Virus record (IMG/VR): IMGVR_UViG_3300031998_000006
Location: 151,311-215,310 of that record
Length of the DNA stretch: 64,000 nt
Origin: a virus
Taxonomy: Duplodnaviria > Caudoviricetes
Reading direction: 5' to 3' (one strand)
A model generated the notes under the pieces. The model saw nothing but the letters and a program-made list of their open reading frames with translations, was not told the origin of the DNA and did not search any database. This document shows positions 56,393-64,000 of this stretch, in pieces (position 1 is the first letter of the stretch; each line of letters begins with the position of its first letter). A program made the position numbers and the translations under genes.

Positions 56393-56962
56393 TTGCCTAA
56401 AAAGGACTACATCTACATTCACGGAAAGCCGATGCATTCCAAGAAGTTTGCGGAAGCCTATGCCTTTAACAAGGGGGCTTCGCAATACATCAAGGCACGG
56501 AGGGATGCCCGTGAACGGACCAAGCAAATCAAGGAGAAGAACGGACCCGCTTCTATGGAGTGGGTTCAGTCCGCTTTGTTCCTCTATGCCTGCAAGAAGC
56601 ACGGACTGGACAAGGACTTGAAGAGGGCTATATGGGCTTACACATCCGCTATGGTGTGCAAGCTGGAAGAGTTTGTCACGAATGCCGAAAAGATTGCGGA
56701 GAGGGAGAACATTGCCGATTCGTTCCATTGGGCTGCCCTCCAGCTTCGTGCCACTATTCGAAACCACATGAAACTTCTTGAGATGTTCAAGGACGAGGAA
56801 ATCAGCATACCGCCTATGACCCAAGAGGGCAAGGTAATCCGTGGTATGACCCATCATCCAACGCAGAAGGATAATTACGAAGCGATGAACTATGTCCTAG
56901 GCGAGTTTAAGCAGAAAAACCCCGATGCGGAAGCGGTTTTGCCGAAAAAAGATGCGAATTAG
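56393..56962 (+). CDS. Hypothetical protein
   Basis: ORF. Confidence 0.6.
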   Translation: MPKKDYIYIHGKPMHSKKFAEAYAFNKGASQYIKARRDARERTKQIKEKNGPASMEWVQSALFLYACKKHGLDKDLKRAIWAYTSAMVCKLEEFVTNAEKIAERENIADSFHWAALQLRATIRNHMKLLEMFKDEEISIPPMTQEGKVIRGMTHHPTQKDNYEAMNYVLGEFKQKNPDAEAVLPKKDAN

Positions 56963-56964
56963 TG

Positions 56965-57099
56965 TTGACACATTATCTAAGATTATGTATATTCTAGGTA
57001 GGCAACTGGTACTTGTCGGGACAATTTGAGAGTTTTAATGCACCGCAAGGTGTATAATGTCCTGCTAGGGGTACCAGACCTAGCAGGATTTCTTTATTT
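56965..57099 (+). promoter_or_regulatory. Promoter plus structured kissing-loop leader or attenuator
   Basis: TTGACA-17-TATATT; loops CTGGTAC and GTACCAG; GCAA tetraloop hairpin; U-tract. Confidence 0.55.
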
Positions 57100-57116
57100 A
57101 GTAAGGAGTACGGAGT

Positions 57117-57599
57117 ATGGCTTTGACGATTAAACTACACGAAATGGGATTGAAGACTGAATCCGCTATGTATGAGATGGTTACGGTGGCTCGTAGTCCT
57201 AGTATGCATATCTTGATACAGGTCAATCCGGACGAACATCATATTGGCAATCCGTATTTCAAGGTGTATAATAGCGAGTCTTTCGAAAAGGCTACCAGTA
57301 TGAACAGGATTTCTTTCAATGAACCCGCATACATCTATCATACTACTTATGGAAAGGACCGGTGGTTCTTGAACTCCAAGGAAAAACGGAATCTTGTATC
57401 ACTGTTAAAGGCATCTTCCGACCATATTGATAGAAGGGATATAACTAGGGAATATTCTAACTGGGAATGGGCCATTATTCAGTACAACAACGAAATTTGT
57501 GCTGTTGGCGAAAAGGACACTGTTGCCGGTAGGTTGAAGGGCAATGCATTACCAATAGATTTGGCAATGCCGAATTATCTGGATTTGCCTCGTCACTAA
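57117..57599 (+). CDS. Hypothetical protein with LTIKLHE tag, DUF4160-like
   Basis: N-terminus MALTIKLHE; DEHH..P.F.V motif. Confidence 0.55.
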   Translation: MALTIKLHEMGLKTESAMYEMVTVARSPSMHILIQVNPDEHHIGNPYFKVYNSESFEKATSMNRISFNEPAYIYHTTYGKDRWFLNSKEKRNLVSLLKASSDHIDRRDITREYSNWEWAIIQYNNEICAVGEKDTVAGRLKGNALPIDLAMPNYLDLPRH

Positions 57600-57721
57600 T
57601 AATTTTTAGAATGCAATAGATAACCTATTGCATCCGTAATGATATTTTATTATATTGTTCCACAGACAGCCACATAGGACTGTACCTCATATACAAGGTG
57701 GGGACAAAGGAAAAAGTGGCT

Positions 57722-58105
57722 ATGTCGAGAAACGTACCTAAAAGGCGTTGGAAAGCGGAAGAAATTGCCGCCGTGATGGAAGGGGATGTACCCGAAGGAC
57801 GAACTTACTTGCAGGCGGCATCGTATGCCCACAAGCACAACATCCCCTGGAAGGAACTCCGTAAGAACAAGTGCAAGTGGTGGTGGAGACCGGAAGAGGA
57901 CATCATCCTCCGTAGGGGTGACATCGTGCCTAACCGTTCATGGGAATCCATCCGTCAGCACAAGGAAATCTTGGGCATACCCCGTGAAGCTAAACCACGA
58001 TACTCCGATTACCTTGACTATGTTGACAAGGTAAAGAACGCCCACAAGCCCACAATCATCCCTCGAAAGAAAGTTGATGTCACAATCGCAGACGAATCCG
58101 TTTGA
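57722..58105 (+). CDS. Hypothetical Myb/SANT-like repeat protein
   Basis: Two W..EE...P.R[ST] repeats. Confidence 0.55.
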   Translation: MSRNVPKRRWKAEEIAAVMEGDVPEGRTYLQAASYAHKHNIPWKELRKNKCKWWWRPEEDIILRRGDIVPNRSWESIRQHKEILGIPREAKPRYSDYLDYVDKVKNAHKPTIIPRKKVDVTIADESV

Positions 58106-58448
58106 TTCTCTCTTTGAGCTTATAGACGAGAAAGCCACTTTCGACGAGAATGTGGCTACTCTGCATAAGCTATTGCAGGACGGAAAGATAGACTTGCACC
58201 TCGTAGCGACGATTATGATGGAAGCATCCACGATTCCTCATCTTGCAGCGGACAATTACAACTTGTTCACGAAGGTAAAGGAACAGGACCGGTTGATTGC
58301 TATGTACGAGAAGGACTTGAGGGAGTTTTCCGAAGAGCGGAATGAGCAGGCTATCGCTTGTCAGGACGGAATGTGTCTTGATGAAGAGAAGGAGTACGGA
58401 AACAAGATAATAAAGGTTCCGTTTCCGAAGGGTACTATCGTAAACTGA
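58074..58448 (+). CDS. Hypothetical protein
   Basis: ORF. Confidence 0.55.
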   Translation: MMSQSQTNPFDSLFELIDEKATFDENVATLHKLLQDGKIDLHLVATIMMEASTIPHLAADNYNLFTKVKEQDRLIAMYEKDLREFSEERNEQAIACQDGMCLDEEKEYGNKIIKVPFPKGTIVN

Positions 58449-58485
58449 TAGTATTCTGTTATATACAGCATAAGAGGAATTTAGT

Positions 58486-59115
58486 ATGCCAAGAAAAATC
58501 GTAATCGACATTGAAACCACCCCAAGACCCGGAATTATGGACACCTTCTATCCCATCTGGGCTGCCACGAAGTACCCCGGAAAGGAAGGTCAGGAACTTG
58601 AGGATATGGCGGCACTCCACGCCGAGTTCGGTATGGTCTGTGCCGTGGCATTCGCAAATGCACAGACGGACGAAGAACCTACCGTGTACACGGCTGGGGA
58701 TGTGGACGAGGAAGTAGAATTGCTCAAGTCCATCGAGGGTATGCTTGACAATACGGCTGTGACTCTCGTCGGTCACAACATCAAGGGCTTCGACATTCCG
58801 TTCCTAGCAAAGAGGTTTATAGCCCGTAGGAAGTTTGTACCCCGTATGCTCAATATGGGTGGCAAGAAGCCGTGGGAAGTTCCGCACATCGACACTATGG
58901 ACGTTATGCGGTTTGGCGGTGGTGCTTCTATGTCGCTTCGCTCCGCTTGCTTGATGCTCGGAATCGCAGACCCGAAGGGTTCTAATTGCGGTTCGGAAGT
59001 GCCGGAGATGTTCCGTCAGGGCAGGGTACTTGAAATCGGGCAGTATTGCGGTGGAGATGTTGTTGCGGAACGCGAACTTTACAAGCGTCTTGTGGATGCG
59101 GAGGTGTTTGGTTAA
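58486..59115 (+). CDS. PolB-type 3'-5' exonuclease (DEDDy)
   Basis: IDIET, GHNIKGFDIPFL, HIDTM, YC..DV. Confidence 0.88.
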   Translation: MPRKIVIDIETTPRPGIMDTFYPIWAATKYPGKEGQELEDMAALHAEFGMVCAVAFANAQTDEEPTVYTAGDVDEEVELLKSIEGMLDNTAVTLVGHNIKGFDIPFLAKRFIARRKFVPRMLNMGGKKPWEVPHIDTMDVMRFGGGASMSLRSACLMLGIADPKGSNCGSEVPEMFRQGRVLEIGQYCGGDVVAERELYKRLVDAEVFG

Positions 59116-59116
59116 T

Positions 59117-59629
59117 ATGCCCCATAAACTCTATATAGGTATCGACAATGGTACGTCCGGGTCTATCGGATGGCTCGGAGATGGCATTGACACGGGTTTT
59201 GTAGAAACTCCGAAGTTTGAAGAGCAGTCTTATACGAAGACCGCAAAAGATATTTCTCGCATTGACCGCAAGGGCTTGCGAGAATTGGTATTGAAGATTT
59301 TGGGCGAGAACAAGCCGTATGAAGCTATTGCTATCTTGGAACGCCCCCGTGTGAACCCGAAGCAATTTGTGACCACCCTTTCGGCTATGAGGGCGTTGGA
59401 AGCAACCCTATGTGTGTTGGAAGATATGGGTGTTCCGTTGACCTATACTGATTCTCGTCCGTGGCAGAAGAAGATGTTGCCACAGGGTACGAAGGGTTCT
59501 GCCGAACTCAAGAAAGCATCCAAGGAAATCGGTTGCAGACTTTATCCGCAGTTTGCTGATGCAATCCGTAAGCATAAGGATGCGGATGGCTTGTTGATTG
59601 CAGAATGGGCTAGTAGGGAGCGCTTATGA
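59117..59629 (+). CDS. RuvC-like Holliday junction resolvase
   Basis: IGIDNG..G, ILE, PWQK, DADGLLIA. Confidence 0.8.
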   Translation: MPHKLYIGIDNGTSGSIGWLGDGIDTGFVETPKFEEQSYTKTAKDISRIDRKGLRELVLKILGENKPYEAIAILERPRVNPKQFVTTLSAMRALEATLCVLEDMGVPLTYTDSRPWQKKMLPQGTKGSAELKKASKEIGCRLYPQFADAIRKHKDADGLLIAEWASRERL

Positions 59630-59826
59630 TTAACCACAAACCGAAGGACTTGGCTGGCATCACCGTGCAGAAGCCGATGCCACAAAGACCTGGACTCACT
59701 TATCGTGAAGAGAAGCTGGAGCCGTTCGTGTTCTTTGAAAAGAAGGACATCCGTTTGCTCCTAGTGTTCGTAGGATTCTTCGTGATGTTCGTACTCGGAG
59801 TGTTCTACGGGATGCTCGGTGTCTAA
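59626..59826 (+). CDS. Small membrane protein
   Basis: C-terminal transmembrane helix. Confidence 0.55.
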   Translation: MINHKPKDLAGITVQKPMPQRPGLTYREEKLEPFVFFEKKDIRLLLVFVGFFVMFVLGVFYGMLGV

Positions 59827-59864
59827 CAAGAATTTACACAAACTCAACAAAAGGATAAATTAAA

Positions 59865-60416
59865 ATGGCAAAGAAAACCGCTACAAAGACCGCTGAAAAG
59901 AAGGAAATCAAGGCTACTCCGAAGAAGGAAGTCAAGACCTCCCCCAAGAAGGATGTAAAGGCTCCCGCTCCGAAGACAATCAAGCTGGAAAATAAGGTAG
60001 TCAAGGCTCGTGAAAATAAGGAAGACACGAGGGAATATGTAGTCCTCGAACACGACCTTCTCACGCAGAACTACACGAAGATTCTCCATGAAAAGGATTA
60101 TAAGTTCAATGCCCCGCATCTCTTCAAGGTTGTTGCCGTTGAAGCCGACAAGGATGGCGAACACAAGGGTATGCACCGCATCGTTGGTGTTGTCCATTTC
60201 CAAGAAGGTCCTATCAAGGAAAATGGTGTCAATGGTGTAGCGAACGAAGACCTCATCGGTATGGTTCTCCGTCGTCTTGAAGGTTCCCAGAACTCCGAAT
60301 ACAAGTGCCGTGAAAATGCCTGTGCCATCACGAAGCTGGAAGAAGCCCTTATGTGGCTTCGCAAGCGCACGAACTCTCGCATCAAGCGAAATGTCGAAGG
60401 AACATCCAAGGTCTAA
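59865..60416 (+). CDS. tad1: Tad1/Acb2-family anti-defence signal-sponge protein
   Basis: FQEGP..E.GVNG..EDL...RL...RENACAITKLEEALMW...R..RNVEGT matches the Tad1 pattern; Lys-rich N-terminal extension. Confidence 0.8.
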   Translation: MAKKTATKTAEKKEIKATPKKEVKTSPKKDVKAPAPKTIKLENKVVKARENKEDTREYVVLEHDLLTQNYTKILHEKDYKFNAPHLFKVVAVEADKDGEHKGMHRIVGVVHFQEGPIKENGVNGVANEDLIGMVLRRLEGSQNSEYKCRENACAITKLEEALMWLRKRTNSRIKRNVEGTSKV

Positions 60417-60420
60417 TTGT

Positions 60421-61125
60421 ATGGCAGATTCTACACCAGATACACTTGCACACCGCCAGATGGTGGTTGGCTACGCCACGGATTTTTGCAGTAGGCTGAT
60501 GGATATGGCAGAGAAGAGTGGCGATGCCATCGCAGACTATGCGGCAGATTTCTGTGCTGACATTATGGAACGGGCAGATAGGCACGACGAGTCCAAGCTC
60601 CACGCTCCCGAAAAGGAACGTTTCGACTATGTTGGTACTCACAACCCTCTCGGAAAGTGCAAGTATGGCTCGGACGAATACAAGAAATCGCTTGAGTACC
60701 TTGGACCGGCTCTAAAACACCATTATGAGGTAAACGACCACCACCCCGAACACTTTGAGGACGGGGTGGACGGTATGAACCTTATGCAGATTGTGGAGCT
60801 TTTCTGTGATTGGGATGCCGCAAGCCACAGAAACAAGGATGGCAACATCTACCAGTCCTTGGAGAAGAACAAGGAGCGTTTCACGCTCTCCGATGACTTG
60901 TACTCCATCTTCAAGACCACAGCGGACATTTTAGAGGGCAAGACCAACGAGGTGTCCGAAACGGATATGGACTTGACGGGTCTTGTGTTTGAATGGCTTG
61001 ATTGCCGTTCAAGACGCACGGGCGATGGTCTGTATGACACCCTTGAAGAAAGTACGGAAAGCCACGGCTTCTCCAATCAAGTGTACCACATCTTGCTCAA
61101 TACGGCAAAGACAGTAAAGGAATAG
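60421..61125 (+). CDS. DUF5662-like HD-fold protein
   Basis: HDESKL, HHY..NDHHPEHF, ELFCDW. Confidence 0.75.
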   Translation: MADSTPDTLAHRQMVVGYATDFCSRLMDMAEKSGDAIADYAADFCADIMERADRHDESKLHAPEKERFDYVGTHNPLGKCKYGSDEYKKSLEYLGPALKHHYEVNDHHPEHFEDGVDGMNLMQIVELFCDWDAASHRNKDGNIYQSLEKNKERFTLSDDLYSIFKTTADILEGKTNEVSETDMDLTGLVFEWLDCRSRRTGDGLYDTLEESTESHGFSNQVYHILLNTAKTVKE

Positions 61126-61256
61126 AACATCATGGCAAGAGAATCCATTTGCAACAAGTGCAACTCCAAGACTTATTGTGCCAACCGTGTCAACGGGGTC
61201 ACGGATTGCATTAACTACAACAAGTTCCCGAAACCCACGGCAGACGAGCAGAAACG

Positions 61257-61517
61257 ATGAATGCCTATGCTCACAAGCTACTCTCAAGGGCAGAGGGAAT
61301 CTGGAGCAATCTGGGTCTGTTGCTCGAAGGACAGAAAACCTCCGAGCAGGACGGATGCACCTCTATCGTCCTCAAGTTCCACGAGATTACACCTCCGCAG
61401 GCTGAAATGCTCGTTTCGCAGATGGGCAAGGCTTTCCGTAGGGCTAATCCGTTCTGGCGAAAGGATGAAAAGGGCGAAATCGTTGTTCGCATTGAGATTC
61501 CTCCTATGAACGGCTGA
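61257..61517 (+). CDS. Hypothetical protein
   Basis: ORF. Confidence 0.5.
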   Translation: MNAYAHKLLSRAEGIWSNLGLLLEGQKTSEQDGCTSIVLKFHEITPPQAEMLVSQMGKAFRRANPFWRKDEKGEIVVRIEIPPMNG

Positions 61518-61567
61518 AAGGAACGGCACATCCGAATCGCTATGAAGCATTTATAAGTATATTTGTG

Positions 61568-61700
61568 AATGGCGGTGCGGTTCGAGTCATTCCGTATCGT
61601 TATCTCCCGTTGAGGGTTGGAACATTCCTAATCCTATGGCAATGCTCATTGTTGGGGTTATGTTCCGGGGCGGTGCGGTCATCCCGCATCGTCCTTTTTT
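61568..61700 (+). ncRNA. Candidate small three-hairpin ncRNA
   Basis: Two related GGCGGTGCGG/CCG.ATCGT hairpins flank a central stem; ends in a U-tract. Confidence 0.4.
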
Positions 61701-61720
61701 CAACTAGAGGTAAGACATTT

Positions 61721-62083
61721 ATGGCAGACGAAATCGACTGGGCGAAGCTCCGTGCAAGGCTTCGTGAAACTCCCATCGTGGTAAAGCCCAAGCACGTAAA
61801 GCATCCCAACCGCTCCCCCGAATCTCTTGAGAAGCGGAGGGAAGGTGCCAGGGCTAGGTGCAAGAAGCACTACTGGGCTAATAGGGAAGAGTGCTTGCGG
61901 TTGCAGAAGGAGTGGGAGAAAGCCAACCCCGAAAAGGTCAAGGCGAAGAAGCACCGCTACTACGAGAAGCACAAGGACGACCCCGTATTTAGGGCGAAGC
62001 GTGCCGCTTGGCAAAAGGCTTACAAGGCACGGAAGAAAGCCGAAAGATTCGCATTAAAGGCACAGACATCCAATGTTACATAG
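61721..62083 (+). CDS. Basic hypothetical protein
   Basis: GAGG RBS; K/R-rich helical repeats. Confidence 0.6.
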   Translation: MADEIDWAKLRARLRETPIVVKPKHVKHPNRSPESLEKRREGARARCKKHYWANREECLRLQKEWEKANPEKVKAKKHRYYEKHKDDPVFRAKRAAWQKAYKARKKAERFALKAQTSNVT

Positions 62084-62162
62084 ATAATTTATTATATTTA
62101 GATAAAGTTTATAGAATCCGTAGTATTTATAGTGAATGGTATTAGCATATCAGTAGTATTTT

Positions 62163-62966
62163 ATGTATTTTTATGGTATGCCAATCAAGCGTGATAGGGT
62201 TAATCGTGTAACAGGTCTAGTCTATCTACCGATAGACGGTTCTAGGCTATACAGGGGTCAGCACATAGAATTGTCCGAAGTTGCGGAAAATCCTATAAAT
62301 TGCCTTATTCGTGATACACATATTATGGACGAGCCTAAAAATGGGAATGCCATAGGTGATGCCGTGTTTGATGCACAGACGGTTGGTGACGAATGGGATT
62401 ACACTGACCCTGAACATCCAGTCTTTTTTGGTAATGCTTGTGACGCTGGGGCTATGGATATGGAGCAGATACTCATAGCCGAGGACAAGGAGAATGATGA
62501 AACTCGGATTAGGCTTATAAGTGCTAATGGAAAGCGTATCGTGATTAAGGGTCTTGATGAAAGTAAGCCACATATTACATTGAGGGATTGGATTGAAATT
62601 CACAATTATGGTAGGACTACGGGTAATGGTATGTCTAGCAATACTGCACATAATAGTGGTAGAAATACTTATAATGGGAACATCGACGAGATTGTGGCTG
62701 CTGTTCTTGAAGAATTGTTTAAGTATGGCACCGTCCGTATTGCCGACTTGAAGCAAGTCCCGGAGGATGCTACGATGCACACACCTAATATGGGCAATCA
62801 AGAGAAGTTGGCTGTGGATGACAAGGGCGGGGAAACTCGTAATGTCAGTATGGGTGCTATGCGTAACGAAATGGAACAGCCAGTGCTTCGTATGCAGGGT
62901 AAGCCCACGGCAAATACTCTTCAATTTAAGCGAAATCGTAATCTTAATACTCCGGATAGAGATTGA
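62163..62966 (+). CDS. Hypothetical, probably structural protein
   Basis: 267 aa ORF upstream of the tail fibre gene. Confidence 0.6.
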   Translation: MYFYGMPIKRDRVNRVTGLVYLPIDGSRLYRGQHIELSEVAENPINCLIRDTHIMDEPKNGNAIGDAVFDAQTVGDEWDYTDPEHPVFFGNACDAGAMDMEQILIAEDKENDETRIRLISANGKRIVIKGLDESKPHITLRDWIEIHNYGRTTGNGMSSNTAHNSGRNTYNGNIDEIVAAVLEELFKYGTVRIADLKQVPEDATMHTPNMGNQEKLAVDDKGGETRNVSMGAMRNEMEQPVLRMQGKPTANTLQFKRNRNLNTPDRD

Positions 62967-63007
62967 ATTTGAGTATATTTTTAGATTAGAAATGTAGGAG
63001 ATATTTT

Positions 63008-64000
63008 ATGCCCGAAGAAACTAATGAACAGACTAGACAGGCGGTAGATTATATTCTTTCGCTTATTGCGGACGATTCGGGTAATCGTTGGCTTATTTAT
63101 TCAAAGGGGTTAGAGTCACAGATTACTTTAGCATTGGCTGGTGATGTTACTGGTTCAATAGTTACAGATATGTCTCACGGAGAAGGTGGGCATAGCGGAA
63201 CTAACACCATCCAGGCTACGATTGCGGATGCCGCTGTGACTTCTAGTAAGATTGCAACTGGTGCTGTTATCACTGAAAAAATTAGTGATGGCAATGTTAC
63301 TTTTGTTAAGATTGCTTCTAGTGCATACGATGGGTCTATTGCCGAAGGCACCGCTGATAAGCTCGCTACAAAGGTGCAAGTTAAAAATTATGTTGAGGGT
63401 GTTCTTAAAGGTAAGGGCGAGTATCTTGGAAGACAGACGGTTGCCACTATTAATTCTTGGCAGTTGGCTAACTTGAATAATGGCGACCACGTTATATGCG
63501 ATGATGCTGGAACGGTTGTAATAGATAGCCATTCCCTTGCGGTTCGTGCGGGTGAAGATATTATTCTTTGGAAATATACCGACGGCGGGGTTGAACACGC
63601 ATATTGGCAGTCGAGTGATGGCGAGTTCAAGTTGATTCAGTCAGCTATTGGCGACCCTACCGCTAGTGGTAATGCTATTGAGTTCATTGCGACATTTTCG
63701 CAGAACGAAAATGGCGAAGTGACGGTAACGAAGAAGATTATTTATACAGCCACGAATACACAGGCGGGTATAGTAACTTTGTCCGATGCGTATGACGGAA
63801 CTGAAACCGCTGCTACGGGTGGTAAGGCTGTTACACCAAAGGCTTTGAGTGACGGATTGGCTACTAAAGCACCTACAAGTCATGCAAGCACGGCTACCAC
63901 TTACGGTGTGGGCGATGGCACTCACTATGGTCATATAAAGTTGTATGACAATGTGGACGGGGAGAATACAGATGGTGCTCCGGACCAAAACTCTGTACAC
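63008..64000 (+). CDS. Tail fibre-like protein (partial, runs off the window)
   Basis: Manual translation MPEETNEQ...; AVT..KI repeats, ATNTQAGIVTLSD...AVTPKAL, YGHIKL; AGGAG RBS. Confidence 0.75.
   Translation, partial: MPEETNEQTRQAVDYILSLIADDSGNRWLIYSKGLESQITLALAGDVTGSIVTDMSHGEGGHSGTNTIQATIADAAVTSSKIATGAVITEKISDGNVTFVKIASSAYDGSIAEGTADKLATKVQVKNYVEGVLKGKGEYLGRQTVATINSWQLANLNNGDHVICDDAGTVVIDSHSLAVRAGEDIILWKYTDGGVEHAYWQSSDGEFKLIQSAIGDPTASGNAIEFIATFSQNENGEVTVTKKIIYTATNTQAGIVTLSDAYDGTETAATGGKAVTPKALSDGLATKAPTSHASTATTYGVGDGTHYGHIKLYDNVDGENTDGAPDQNSVH

Noticed and set aside
61568-61700. tRNA gene (GGTTCGAGTC resembles a T-loop)
   Set aside because: No cloverleaf, acceptor stem or anticodon arm can be built.

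Overview
This window looks like part of a large tailed dsDNA phage genome. FISUMP/Fib_succ_major domains suggest a Fibrobacter- or Bacteroidota-like host (inference). Positions 1-39.4 kb run on the minus strand and carry replication, recombination and modification genes (C5 DNA methyltransferase, DnaB-like and SNF2-like helicases, beta clamp, primase, a split SbcC plus SbcD, a QueC-like gene, an endolysin) and many small ORFs. Positions 39.5-64 kb run on the plus strand and carry putative internal head proteins, terminase, portal, nucleases, a Tad1-like anti-defence protein and the start of a tail fibre. There are three inteins, one free-standing HNH endonuclease and five TnpB-family genes with no transposase. 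The strongest novel signal is a C5 methyltransferase that stops after motif VIII and is followed by nine overlapping 52-60 aa ORFs (plus two upstream), each resembling one target-recognition domain. Other candidates are an sRNA antisense to a shared ribosome-binding leader, a ~400 nt structured RNA, kissing-loop leaders, and head proteins with a shared N-terminal tag and repeated putative cleavage motifs. All calls come from motif recognition by eye; no database search was run.
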